Shown here: positions 19,846 through 27,745 of the stretch, one piece after another
Numbering within the stretch: the stretch's first letter is position 1
Layout of the letters: the number at the start of each line of letters is the position of its first letter
Source of the DNA: an uncultured bacterium
GTDB taxonomy: Bacteria > Krumholzibacteriota > Krumholzibacteriia > JACNKJ01
DNA: 64,000 nucleotides
Reading direction: 5' to 3'
NCBI GenBank assembly: GCA_963695095.1
Contig: CAVOFT010000001.1
Location: 2,667,849-2,731,848, forward strand
Notes under the pieces: model-generated
The model's database searches: none
Told to the model about the DNA's origin: nothing
Seen by the model: only the letters and a program-made list of their open reading frames with translations
Made by a program: the position numbers and the translations under genes

Positions 19846-21264
19846 TCAACCGCGATCGCCGGCCGGCTCCCCGGCGCCGGCCAGCCCCGCCGCCGCGAGC
19901 AGAGCGGCCAGGCCCGCCGGGCTGCTCTCGGCAGTGGCCAGCCGGCGGGCGAAGGGCAGGGTCCAGCCCCAGACGCCGTTGCACAGCAGGGCCGGGGCCG
20001 CGCCGCGGGCGGCGCGCTGGGCCAGCTCGGCCTGCCGCGCGGGCGCGGGCGGCGTCCGCCCGAGATAGAGGTAGACCGGCGCGGTCGACGCCTCGTCCGC
20101 GCCCAGCCGCCGCGGAGCCGTGCCCATCGCGCGAGCATGGGCTCCCAGGTAGGCTTCCGCGGGCCAGGAGCCCAGGGGACCGAGCTCGAGATCGACGGGC
20201 GTGCCCGCCGCAAGCGGCCGCCAGTCGCCGCCGCCGGGCACGAAGACCGCCGCGCCGGCGATGTCCTCGAGATCCGGCGCCGGCCGCGGCGGCGTGCCGG
20301 CGCTCGGCAGCGCGGCGCGGAAGGCGAGCCAGCGCTCGCCGGCCTCGTCCAGCCAGGCCTGCCGCAACTCGCCGCGCTCCAGCGCGGCCGCCATGGCGTC
20401 CAGCAGGAACTCGGCGCCCGGCTCCCAGCGCGCCAGCGTGAGCAGGTGACAGCCCGCGGCGAGGGCGGCGGCGCCGCGATCCGCGGCCGGGATCACGGCG
20501 GCCCCGGCCATCTCGAGGGCGTCGGTGATGACGAGCCCGGCAAAGCCCAGCTCCCCGCGCAGACGATCGCGCATGAGATCGGGGCGGAAGGTGGCCGGCC
20601 GGGCGTCCGCATCCCCGGCGAGCTGCAGGTGCGCGCTCATGAGGGCGGGCGCCGCGGCCCCGGCGCGGAAGGGAATCAGGGCCTGCCCGCGGTCCGCCGG
20701 CACGGCAGGCAGGCTGAGGTGGCTATCCTCCAGGCTGTCGCCGTGGCCGGGGTAGTGCTTGATGACGGCCAGCACGCCGCCCGCCGCCAGGCCGGCGAGG
20801 GCGGCGGCCACCGCTGCAGCGGCCGCCGCGGAATCGCCGCCGAAGCTGCGCGTGCCGATCACGGGATTGCGGGCGCCGTCGTCGAGGTCGGCCAGGGGAG
20901 TGATCAGGACCTCGATGCCCTGCGCGCGGGCGGCCGCCGCCATCGCCTGGTGGCAACCCTGCAGAGCGGGCAGACCGGCCATCGCCTGGGCGCGGGGCGC
21001 CGGCCAGGGCAGGGCATGCAGCTGCTGGATCCAGCCGCCTTCTTCATCGAGAAAGACCAGCAGCTCGCGTCCGGCCGCCTCCTCGAGGCGACGGCGCAGC
21101 GGAGTCAGCGAGGCGGCGCCTGCGGGCAGGTTGTCGCGGAACAGGATGACGGCCGGCGGCGCGTGGCGCTCGAGCAGGCGGAGGAAGTCCGCAGGCAGTT
21201 CGGGGCCGCGCCAGCCGAGCAGCCAGTGGGCCCCGATCCGGCGGTGCGCGGCCGGCGCGATCAC
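19846..21264 (-). CDS. nagZ: Beta-N-acetylhexosaminidase (glycoside hydrolase family 3, NagZ-like).
   Basis: GH3 signatures IKHYPGHGDSLEDSHLSLP and GFAGLVITDALEMAGA. The track ORF 19846..21417 is slightly over-extended at the N-terminus. Confidence 0.75.
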   Translation of the reverse strand: MIAPAAHRRIGAHWLLGWRGPELPADFLRLLERHAPPAVILFRDNLPAGAASLTPLRRRLEEAAGRELLVFLDEEGGWIQQLHALPWPAPRAQAMAGLPALQGCHQAMAAAARAQGIEVLITPLADLDDGARNPVIGTRSFGGDSAAAAAAVAAALAGLAAGGVLAVIKHYPGHGDSLEDSHLSLPAVPADRGQALIPFRAGAAAPALMSAHLQLAGDADARPATFRPDLMRDRLRGELGFAGLVITDALEMAGAAVIPAADRGAAALAAGCHLLTLARWEPGAEFLLDAMAAALERGELRQAWLDEAGERWLAFRAALPSAGTPPRPAPDLEDIAGAAVFVPGGGDWRPLAAGTPVDLELGPLGSWPAEAYLGAHARAMGTAPRRLGADEASTAPVYLYLGRTPPAPARQAELAQRAARGAAPALLCNGVWGWTLPFARRLATAESSPAGLAALLAAAGLAGAGEPAGDRG

Positions 21265-21584
21265 GCCAGCGGCTCCACGCGCACGGCCGTGCCGTAGGCG
21301 AGCAGCTCGGAGGCGCCGGGCATGATCTCCGCAGTGACGAAGCGCAGGCCGAGGACGGCGTTGGCGCCCAGTTCCTCCGCCTCGCCGCTCAAGCGATCCA
21401 GGGCCTGCTCCCGGCATTCGGCCATCATCTTCGTGTACTCGAAGACCTCGCCGCCCACCAGGTTCTTCAACTGGGCCATGACGTCGTGGCCGAGGTGGCG
21501 CGTGCGCACGGTGTTGCCGCGCACGAGGCCCAGCACCTCGACGATGCGCTGTCCGGCCAGCGCTTCCGTTGTGGCCAGAATCAT
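21261..21584 (-). CDS. YbjQ/UPF0145-family protein (107 aa).
   Basis: MILATTEALAGQRIVEVLGLVRGNTVRTRHLGHDVMAQLKNLVGGEVFEYTKMMAECREQALDRLSGEAEELGANAVLGLRFVTAEIMPGASELLAYGTAV matches the YbjQ fold along its length. Confidence 0.7.
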   Translation of the reverse strand: MILATTEALAGQRIVEVLGLVRGNTVRTRHLGHDVMAQLKNLVGGEVFEYTKMMAECREQALDRLSGEAEELGANAVLGLRFVTAEIMPGASELLAYGTAVRVEPLA

Positions 21585-21597
21585 GGCGACCTCCGGT

Positions 21598-22032
21598 TCA
21601 GCGAACGATGTAGCGATAGGGATCGTGAGCCCGCTCGAGCCAGCGCTCCCTGACCTTCACGCCGAAGAGCAGGGCCAGTCCGACGAGGAGACCGGCCGCC
21701 GAGCCGCGGAAGACCAGGGGGAGCGCCGGATCGCGCAAGACGGCAATGACGGCCGCCGCGAAGAGGATCAGGGCGCCGCCGCCGGCGAAGAACCAGCCCA
21801 GATGCAGGCCGGTGCGGGCGACCACGCTGCGGGACAGGGCCTCCAGCACTTCGTCCGCGGGATCCTTGATCCGGTAGCGACTGAGTTCGCGACCGAAGGC
21901 CTCCCAGCGCCGCAGTTCCTGGCGCAGCGCGGGATCCAGCGCGAGGGCGGCGTCGAGTTCGGCGGCCTCGCCGGGCGCCAGTTCGCCGTCGAGCTTGGCC
22001 ATCAAGAGCTGGCGGGCGCGATCGCTGTCCAT
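21598..22032 (-). CDS. Putative anti-sigma factor (cytoplasmic N-terminal helix plus single TM), immediately downstream of the ECF sigma gene.
   Basis: MDSDRARQLLMAKLDGELAPGEAAELDAALALDPALRQELRRWEAF... is an RskA/ChrR-like N-terminus. TM: LGWFFAGGGALILFAAAVIAVL. It sits 2 bp after the sigma gene. Confidence 0.5.
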   Translation of the reverse strand: MDSDRARQLLMAKLDGELAPGEAAELDAALALDPALRQELRRWEAFGRELSRYRIKDPADEVLEALSRSVVARTGLHLGWFFAGGGALILFAAAVIAVLRDPALPLVFRGSAAGLLVGLALLFGVKVRERWLERAHDPYRYIVR

Positions 22033-22033
22033 C

Positions 22034-22645
22034 TCAGGTCGCCTCCGAGGATTCGGCCAGGGCCGGGGCTTCGCCGCCCAGCCCGGCCTCGAGCGCCCCG
22101 CGCAGCGCCGCGCGGGCGTAGAAGAGTCGGCTCATCACCGTGCCCCGGGGAATGCGCAGCAGGGTGGCGATCTCCTGGTAGCTGAGGTCTCGGAAGTGGC
22201 GCAGGATGATGATCTCCCGGTGCTCATCGCTCAGCGTGCACAGGGCCGCCCAGAGCTTGTCTGCCCGCTCACTGGCGATCAGGGATTGCAGCGGACTGGT
22301 CTCGCGCCCGGCGGGATCGATGCCGCCATCGCTCTCGAGCACGAGTGGACACTCCCCGTGGCGCCCGCGCTTGGCGAGGAAATTGAAGCAAAGATTGCGC
22401 AGGATCCGATAGAACCAGGGGAAGAAGGGACGCTCCACGTCGAAGCTGTGCATGTGGGCCAGGGCGCGCAAGAAGGCCTCCTGAGTCAGGTCCCGGGCGT
22501 CCTCGAGGTCGCCGAGGAAACCGAGAGCGACCTGCAGGGCCTCCCGCCGGTGCTGGAGCACGAGGACGGCAAAGGCCTCGCGGTCGCCGTCCCGCGCGCG
22601 GCGGAGCAAGTTGGATTCGGGCTCCTGGCCGCGGGACGCCATCGC
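22034..22645 (-). CDS. ECF (sigma-70 family group 4) RNA polymerase sigma factor.
   Basis: Region 2 (LVLQHRREALQVALGFLGDLEDARDLTQEAFLRA..FFPWFYRILRN) and region 4 (LSDEHREIIILRHFRDLSYQEIATLLRIPRGTVMSRLFYAR) are both present. The likely start is MASRGQ. Confidence 0.8.
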   Translation of the reverse strand, partial: AMASRGQEPESNLLRRARDGDREAFAVLVLQHRREALQVALGFLGDLEDARDLTQEAFLRALAHMHSFDVERPFFPWFYRILRNLCFNFLAKRGRHGECPLVLESDGGIDPAGRETSPLQSLIASERADKLWAALCTLSDEHREIIILRHFRDLSYQEIATLLRIPRGTVMSRLFYARAALRGALEAGLGGEAPALAESSEAT

Positions 22646-22705
22646 TACCTCCCTCCCCGGCGGGAATTCGGAGTGTAGCCCATGTTTCAGCACCCCGCAA
22701 AAAAA

Positions 22706-22748
22706 AGAGCGGGTTGCTCAGGCCCGCTCAAAACTCACTAGGGGGGGG
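22706..22748 (-). terminator. Rho-independent terminator on the minus strand: GAGCGGG-CCTGAGCAA-CCCGCTC followed by TTTTTTTT.
   Basis: Plus strand reads aaaaaaaaGAGCGGGttgctcaggCCCGCTCaaaactc. The minus strand therefore has a perfect 7-bp GC stem, a 9-nt loop and an 8-T tail. It lies about 250 nt downstream of the HU gene and just upstream of the ECF sigma promoter region. Confidence 0.6.
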
Positions 22749-22937
22749 AATCGCGTCTCTCCAGGCCTGTCGTATCAAGTGGCGTGCCATTCGTTCCCGC
22801 TCGCCTAAAATGAAGCCAACACGGTGCGGCAGCAGCAGTTGATCCGGCGGCCGCGCCTACACCCCCGGCGGGCATCGTCTGGAGATGCCCCCCGTCGAGG
22901 GCAGTTGGGGCGCGAGCTGTCCACCTCCGGGGACTGC

Positions 22938-22978
22938 CCAAAATGCGCCGAGGCCATCCCAGCAGGACGGCCTCGGGC
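22938..22978 (-). terminator. GC hairpin directly 3' of the HU gene (GCGCCGAGGCC-N13-GGCCTCGGGCG) with a weak U-tract on the minus strand.
   Basis: Plus strand cgccgaggccatcccagcaggacggcctcgggcg. The minus strand follows it with ATTTTGGG. It is a weaker terminator than the one at about 22706. Confidence 0.3.
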
Positions 22979-22996
22979 GAAAGCATCAGCGGAAGA

Positions 22997-23290
22997 CTAG
23001 AGCGTCTCCTTCAGCGTGGTCGAGGGCTTGAAGCCGACGGTCTTGCTGGCCTTGATCGTGATCGCCTCGCCGGTCTGCGGATTGCGGCCGGTGCGAGCCT
23101 TGCGCTTGCGGACCGTCCAGGTGCCGAAGCCGGGGTAGGAGAAGCGGCGCTCCTTGCGAATGGTCTTGCCCATGATGTCGAAGCACGCGTCCACGACTTC
23201 GCCGCAGGCCTTCTTCGTGATTTCGCCGTTGACGCTCTTGCTGTTCCAGACGGCGTCGATCAGCTCAGCCTTGGTCATTCTAGCCACCAC
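22997..23290 (-). CDS. HU/IHF-family nucleoid-associated DNA-binding protein (97 aa).
   Basis: MVARMTKAELIDAVWNSKSVNGEITKKACGEVVDACFDIMGKTIRKERRFSYPGFGTWTVRKRKARTGRNPQTGEAITIKASKTVGFKPS shows the canonical HU fold signature (GFG..R.AR.GRNP.TGE.I.I). Confidence 0.85.
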   Translation of the reverse strand: MVARMTKAELIDAVWNSKSVNGEITKKACGEVVDACFDIMGKTIRKERRFSYPGFGTWTVRKRKARTGRNPQTGEAITIKASKTVGFKPSTTLKETL

Positions 23291-23329
23291 CTTTCAGGGG
23301 TCGGAGATTGCGGACAGGGATCGTCACGG

Positions 23330-23366
23330 GGCTCTATGTAGGCCAAGCCCGAAAACCTGACAAGCA
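23330..23366 (-). promoter_or_regulatory. Candidate sigma70-like promoter for the HU gene: TTGTCA-N17-TACATA (minus strand).
   Basis: Minus strand ...ttttgcTTGTCAggttttcgggcttggccTACATAgagcc..., about 50 nt upstream of the HU start. Confidence 0.3.
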
Positions 23367-23422
23367 AAATCTTCGCGGATCCGCACTGGAGGCGGATTGG
23401 CGGGGGTCGAGGTGCCGCGGAC

Positions 23423-23878
23423 CTAGGGCTCGCGCGACTTTCCGGGGTCGACCTCGGGCAGATCGTGGAGATCGCCCAGCGGATCGGAATCCATCGCGCG
23501 CTGGCGAAAGTCCACGGTGTTGCGGTCCCGCTGCCAGTGGGTGAGCAGGCCATTCTCGAAGAAGAGCCGCGCGATCACAGCCGGCTGACCCTCCCCCGGA
23601 TTCGGCTCGCGGAATTCGTAGACCCAGCGCTGCTCGTGCTCGGTCTTGATGCGCTGGAGCGGTCGTCCCCAGGCCAGGTAGACCTGGGTCGGATTCATCC
23701 CCTGCCGCAGTTCGCCGGCCTGGATGTTGTCGCGATAGGGATCGTCAGGGTAGAGGGCGAAGTAGCGGTCGCGCAGGGCGACGTGCTCGGGCGCTGCCGG
23801 CAAGGGACTGCGCAGCACCGGGCTGCAGGCCGGCATGCCCAAGGCAGCCAGGGCCAGGATGCTCAGCCAACGCCGCAT
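23423..23878 (-). CDS. Lipoprotein with SmpA/OmlA (BamE-like) domain.
   Basis: Signal and lipobox MRRWLSILALAALGMPAC. Then IQAGELRQGMNPTQVYLAWGRPLQRIKTEHEQRWVYEF resembles the BamE beta-alpha fold motif. Confidence 0.45.
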   Translation of the reverse strand: MRRWLSILALAALGMPACSPVLRSPLPAAPEHVALRDRYFALYPDDPYRDNIQAGELRQGMNPTQVYLAWGRPLQRIKTEHEQRWVYEFREPNPGEGQPAVIARLFFENGLLTHWQRDRNTVDFRQRAMDSDPLGDLHDLPEVDPGKSREP

Positions 23879-23915
23879 CGCGACCTCCCTCCGGATCCCC
23901 CCCGTCGATCCACGC

Positions 23916-25130
23916 TCAGTCTAGCGATTCGGCGGGAAGAAGCAAACCCAAAGTCGCCCGCTCGGGCAGCAACAGGCGCGCCGCCTCCTGGGCCAGGCTC
24001 TCCCGGGAAGCGGCCAGCGTCTGCTGCACGAATCGTTGGCGCCAGCGCGCGAAGTAGAGCGCTTCGCGCAGGACCTCGCGGCACCACAGCGAGAGGGCGC
24101 GCACACCGCCGTCGGCGGGCGGCGAGCCCTGACCTGCCGCGGCGTCGATGCGCGTGAAGAGCTGATCCTTGGCGGTGATCACCTGGTACTCGGAGAACTC
24201 GCCCTCCCGCAGGCGCTCGAGAACGCGCTCCACCCACGCCTCGAGCGCGGGCAATCGCTCGGGTTCGAAGCCGCGCAGCTGCAACTCGATCGGGCGCGGG
24301 CCCGGGCAGGCGAAGTCGTACCAGGCCGAGCCGGAGGCCACCAGGCCCGCAGCGCGCAGCTCGGTCTGGACGAAGAGATTCAGGACCCCCGCCAGCAGGG
24401 CGGCCGCGGGCGCGTCCTCGCTGTCTCCGGCCGGACCCGGGAAGTGATAGAGCAGCAAGGTCGGCGTCGCCGCCGCGCGCAGCAGCTCCCCGCCCTGGAC
24501 GGACTGGCTGGGCCGCGAGGGGAGAGGCAGGGGATGCCCGGGCAGGGCGTCGAATCGAGCCTGCCAGGCGTCCAGGAGCGGCTGCGCTTCGAGGTCGCCC
24601 GCCAGCAGCAGCACCAGGCCGCCTGCCTGATAGCGCTCGCCGAGAAAGCGCGCCAGATCCGCCCGCGGCGGCGTTGCCCCGGCGATGGCCAGCCTGCCCT
24701 CGCCCCCTGCGTAGGGGTGTCCGGCGAAGGCTGCCGCAGCCATGGCTTCGCGCAGGGCGAGCTCCGGCGAGGTGGCCGCGCGCGCCCAGTCGGCTTCCAG
24801 TCCCTCCCAGGCGGCCTCTAGATCCTCGGGTGCGAGGCTGGCCGGGTCTTGCAGTCGCTCGATGAGGAAACCCAGAACGGTCTCGAGGCCCCTGGCCGGG
24901 CCGAGCAGGGAGATCTCGGCGCTCTCGAGGCCGCAATGGCTCTCGACGCGCCAGCCCAGGCGGGCGAGGGCCGTCTCGAGCGCCTCCCCTTGCTCCCAGG
25001 TGGCCGAGGCGCCCAGGAAGGCGCGCGGCGCAAGCAGGGGCAGCAGCGGAGCCTCTGGGCTGCTGGTCAGGCCCGCCGGCAGCGCGAGGCAGATGCAGGC
25101 CAGACCCGGGCTGATGCCCCCCGCCAGCAC
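23916..25130 (-). CDS. M16 (pitrilysin/insulinase) family peptidase-like protein, probably the non-catalytic type; the N-terminal signal region may extend upstream of the listed start.
   Basis: Length, Leu/Ala-rich alpha/beta repeat pattern, and no HxxEH zinc motif in the translated frame. The track frame 23863..25755 (630 aa, Arg/Gly/Pro-rich) overlapping it is an alternative-frame artefact. Confidence 0.45.
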   Translation of the reverse strand: MLAGGISPGLACICLALPAGLTSSPEAPLLPLLAPRAFLGASATWEQGEALETALARLGWRVESHCGLESAEISLLGPARGLETVLGFLIERLQDPASLAPEDLEAAWEGLEADWARAATSPELALREAMAAAAFAGHPYAGGEGRLAIAGATPPRADLARFLGERYQAGGLVLLLAGDLEAQPLLDAWQARFDALPGHPLPLPSRPSQSVQGGELLRAAATPTLLLYHFPGPAGDSEDAPAAALLAGVLNLFVQTELRAAGLVASGSAWYDFACPGPRPIELQLRGFEPERLPALEAWVERVLERLREGEFSEYQVITAKDQLFTRIDAAAGQGSPPADGGVRALSLWCREVLREALYFARWRQRFVQQTLAASRESLAQEAARLLLPERATLGLLLPAESLD

Positions 25131-25285
25131 GACCCGCCCCCCCGCGGGCAGCCCGCGTTCCTCCCAGACCAGGGCGGCCAGCGGCCGCTCGGCCGCGCCG
25201 CCTAGGACGAGGACCGCGAGCGCCGCCGGCAGCAGGCGCGGCCAGCCGGAACGCCAGGACCTGGCGAGCTTCTGCGGGCGAAGTG

Positions 25286-26080
25286 TCAGGGTTGACTCCC
25301 GGGTTCAGGGTCGGCAGGTGGATCGGGATGGCGCAGCCCGTCCTCGAGCATGGCGAGGAAGGGCAGCAGCCAGGGGCGCAGACCATCCCGAGGCTTGCTC
25401 TGATAATCGGCTCTGACGGCGCGCAGGGCAAGGTAGTAGGCGGCGCCCGCCCGCTGGACGGCCGCTTCGCAGTAGAAGCCAGTGCCCTGCCAGCCCCTCC
25501 GCGCCAGCGCCGTGCTGAGGAGGCGACCCAGGCGACCGTTCCCATCCGCAAAGGGGTGGATGGACTGGAACTCGTAGTGGAAGCGGCCCGCCTGCAGGAA
25601 GGGATCCTCGCCGGGATCCAGGCTCTCCAGCAAGCCACCCAGCAGCTCCGGCACGCGCGCGGCGTGAGGCGGCGCGAAGACCTGCTCGCCGCGCTCGGGC
25701 CCGGCCGCGCGCACGATGCGCACGGCGTGCCGCCGGTAGCTGCCCGCCTCGGCACTCAGCCCCTGCATCAGCAGGCCGTGCAGGTGGCGCAGGAGGGCCT
25801 CGCGCCAGGGCAGGGCAGGCGGCTGGGCGTCGATGAAGTCGAGGGCGCGCAGGCAACCCAGCAGCTCGGCGTCGGCCAGATCCTGCGGCTTTCGCTCGCC
25901 GCGCAGGAGGGCACGCGCCGTGCGCCAGGGCAGCGGATTGCCTTCGATGCCGGCAGTGGCCCAGGCCGCGTAGTGACGCCGCCGGCGCAGGGCCGCCGCC
26001 GGCGCCGGGGCCCAGCCGGTCCGGAGCTCGGCCAATTCGGCGAGGCGCGCAGTGAGATCCACCCCTTGCTCCCCCGGCAT
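25286..26080 (-). CDS. Fic (Fido) domain protein, class II: an intramolecular inhibitory helix motif precedes the active site.
   Basis: Canonical Fic motif HPFADGNGRLGRLL (HxFx[DE]GNGRxxR). The N-terminal TAGIEGN matches the [ST]xxxE[GN] alpha-inh motif. Confidence 0.85.
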   Translation of the reverse strand: MPGEQGVDLTARLAELAELRTGWAPAPAAALRRRRHYAAWATAGIEGNPLPWRTARALLRGERKPQDLADAELLGCLRALDFIDAQPPALPWREALLRHLHGLLMQGLSAEAGSYRRHAVRIVRAAGPERGEQVFAPPHAARVPELLGGLLESLDPGEDPFLQAGRFHYEFQSIHPFADGNGRLGRLLSTALARRGWQGTGFYCEAAVQRAGAAYYLALRAVRADYQSKPRDGLRPWLLPFLAMLEDGLRHPDPPADPEPGSQP

Positions 26081-26156
26081 CAGGACACGCGGGCGACCCC
26101 GACGGGGCCGCCCGCAGCATGCTAGACCAGTGGCGGCGCTGAGACCAGCGCGTCCC

Positions 26157-26828
26157 TCAGGAGGCGAGGCGCTGCAGGCCGTCCACGGCCGCGATGGTGA
26201 TCTGCCGGCGATCGACGTCGATCAGGCGCTTGCGCCGGAACTGGTTGAGCGTCGCCGTGGTGGTCTCGCGCGTGGAGCCGATGAGCCCGGCCAGTTCCTG
26301 GTGAGTGATGCGGCCCCGCAGGCGATCGCCGTCTGCAGCCGGCTGACCGCTGCGGCTGGCGAGATCCAGGAGCAGGGCGGCCAGACGGGCCTTGACGTCC
26401 TTGAGCAGCAAGCGCTCGATCACCTGCTGGGAAGCGCGCAGCTTGTCGCCGAGAATCGCAACCAGGGCCATGCTCAGCCCGGGGTGTTCGGCCAGGAGCT
26501 GCTGCAGGCGAGCGCGTCCGATCAACATGACGCGGCTGTCTTCCATGGCCTGGGCACTGGCCTCCCGCTCGGAAATGCCCTGCAGGCACTCCAGGCCGCA
26601 GAGTTCACCGGCTTCCACCATGCCGAGGGTCAACTCGCGCCCGCTCTCCTGGATGCGGCTGAGCTTCAGACGACCCGAGAGGACCACGCAGAGGCCCTCG
26701 CAGGGTTCGCCCGGCAGGAAGAGGTAGCTGCCCCGCCGCAGGGTGGGCTGGGGACAGTCCAGGCTGAGGCGAAGCCTCTGCTTGGGGTCGAGAACGCCTA
26801 GGAAGTCCTGACTGGGGGTCGCGCTCAT
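26157..26828 (-). CDS. Crp/Fnr-family transcriptional regulator (cNMP-binding domain plus C-terminal HTH).
   Basis: Beta-roll region (LFLPGEPCEGLCVVLSGRLKLSRIQESGRELTLGMVEAGELCGLE) and HTH (ITHQELAGLIGSTRETTTATLNQFRRKRLI). Confidence 0.8.
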   Translation of the reverse strand: MSATPSQDFLGVLDPKQRLRLSLDCPQPTLRRGSYLFLPGEPCEGLCVVLSGRLKLSRIQESGRELTLGMVEAGELCGLECLQGISEREASAQAMEDSRVMLIGRARLQQLLAEHPGLSMALVAILGDKLRASQQVIERLLLKDVKARLAALLLDLASRSGQPAADGDRLRGRITHQELAGLIGSTRETTTATLNQFRRKRLIDVDRRQITIAAVDGLQRLAS

Positions 26829-27104
26829 GGTCCACCTCGCTGCTGGGGGGCAGTACCGGGAATCGGGCCCCCTTTGCCTCCCTCATGGCAACCCGCATGC
26901 CCATATCCGGCGGTGGATTCGGCCCCGTAAATGCTTATGATGGATTTGGTTCGACCATGTAACGAAGACGCAACACGAACTGGACTCCGCGCTGCCTCCA
27001 GGATCTGGAATAATCTCCATGATCTGGAGACATAGGGAACTTTTCGGCCTGCCGGGGTTTCGCGGGGCTCAGCAAAGCCCTACCTTGAAGATACCGAGCC
27101 CAAT

Positions 27105-27140
27105 CCCCGCATTGACAGATGGCTAGTATTAAGGTAAGAA
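27105..27140 (+). promoter_or_regulatory. Candidate sigma70-like promoter (TTGACA-N17-TAAGAA) in the low-GC intergenic region shared by the divergent Crp/Fnr and carD genes.
   Basis: cattgacagatggctagtattaaggtaagaactag, about 40-60 nt upstream of carD. The whole intergenic region 26880-27170 is about 50% GC. Confidence 0.25.
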
Positions 27141-27172
27141 CTAGTAATCGCCGTCCGAAAAATGGAGGCAGC

Positions 27173-27658
27173 ATGGATTTCGACCAGCAGGAATTCGTCG
27201 TCTATCCACGCTATGGAGTGGGACGCGTGCTCGGGGTAGCAAAGAAGGAGTTCGCGGGGCAGGCCGAGCGCTGCCTGGGCATCCGCTTCGAGGAGCAGAA
27301 TCTGGCGCTCTACATCCCGGTGCACCGTCTGGAACATGTCCGCCTGCGCAAGATCATGTCCCGCACGATGACGACCGAGGTGATGTCCGCCATGAAATCC
27401 CGGGCCCGCTTCGATACCAGCAACAGCCACAAGGAGCGGGTCAAGCGCTACCAGGAGAAGTTCAACACGGGCGACCCCGTGGAGATGGCCGAAGTGGCCC
27501 GCGACCTGGCCCGCCTGTCCAAGCGACAGGATCTCAGCATGGAGGAAGAGGGCCTGTGCCGGGACTCCATCAACCTCCTCGCCCGTGAGATCGCCATCAG
27601 CCGGAATGGCGATCCGCAGCGCATCCGCCGGGACATCGAGACCGTCCTCTACCGCTAG
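27173..27658 (+). CDS. carD: CarD/CdnL-family RNA-polymerase-binding transcription factor.
   Basis: MDFDQQEFVVYPRYGVGRVLGVAKKEFAGQAERCLGIRFEEQNLALYIPV is the CarD_CdnL_TRCF N-terminal domain, followed by a helical C-terminal domain. The track ORF starts 18 codons upstream. Confidence 0.85.
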   Translation: MDFDQQEFVVYPRYGVGRVLGVAKKEFAGQAERCLGIRFEEQNLALYIPVHRLEHVRLRKIMSRTMTTEVMSAMKSRARFDTSNSHKERVKRYQEKFNTGDPVEMAEVARDLARLSKRQDLSMEEEGLCRDSINLLAREIAISRNGDPQRIRRDIETVLYR

Positions 27659-27745
27659 CCGCTCGGCGCTCCGGCCGAGGCGCCGCTTGCTGCGTCTGCC
27701 AATTTCGCCCTAGGAGCCGACCGCTCCAATCCCTATGCTCGCCGC

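Noticed and set aside
23863-25755. Possibility that the M16-like peptidase (23916..25130) is catalytically active or has a long N-terminal extension
   Set aside because: No HxxEH motif was found. Apparent in-frame upstream sequence passes through a C7/G7 homopolymer region where my base reading is unreliable, so no extension is claimed.
26935-26990. GGTTCGACC-containing hairpin that superficially resembles a tRNA T-arm
   Set aside because: No acceptor stem, D-arm or anticodon arm can be built around it. It sits in the AT-richer divergent promoter region between the Crp/Fnr gene and carD.
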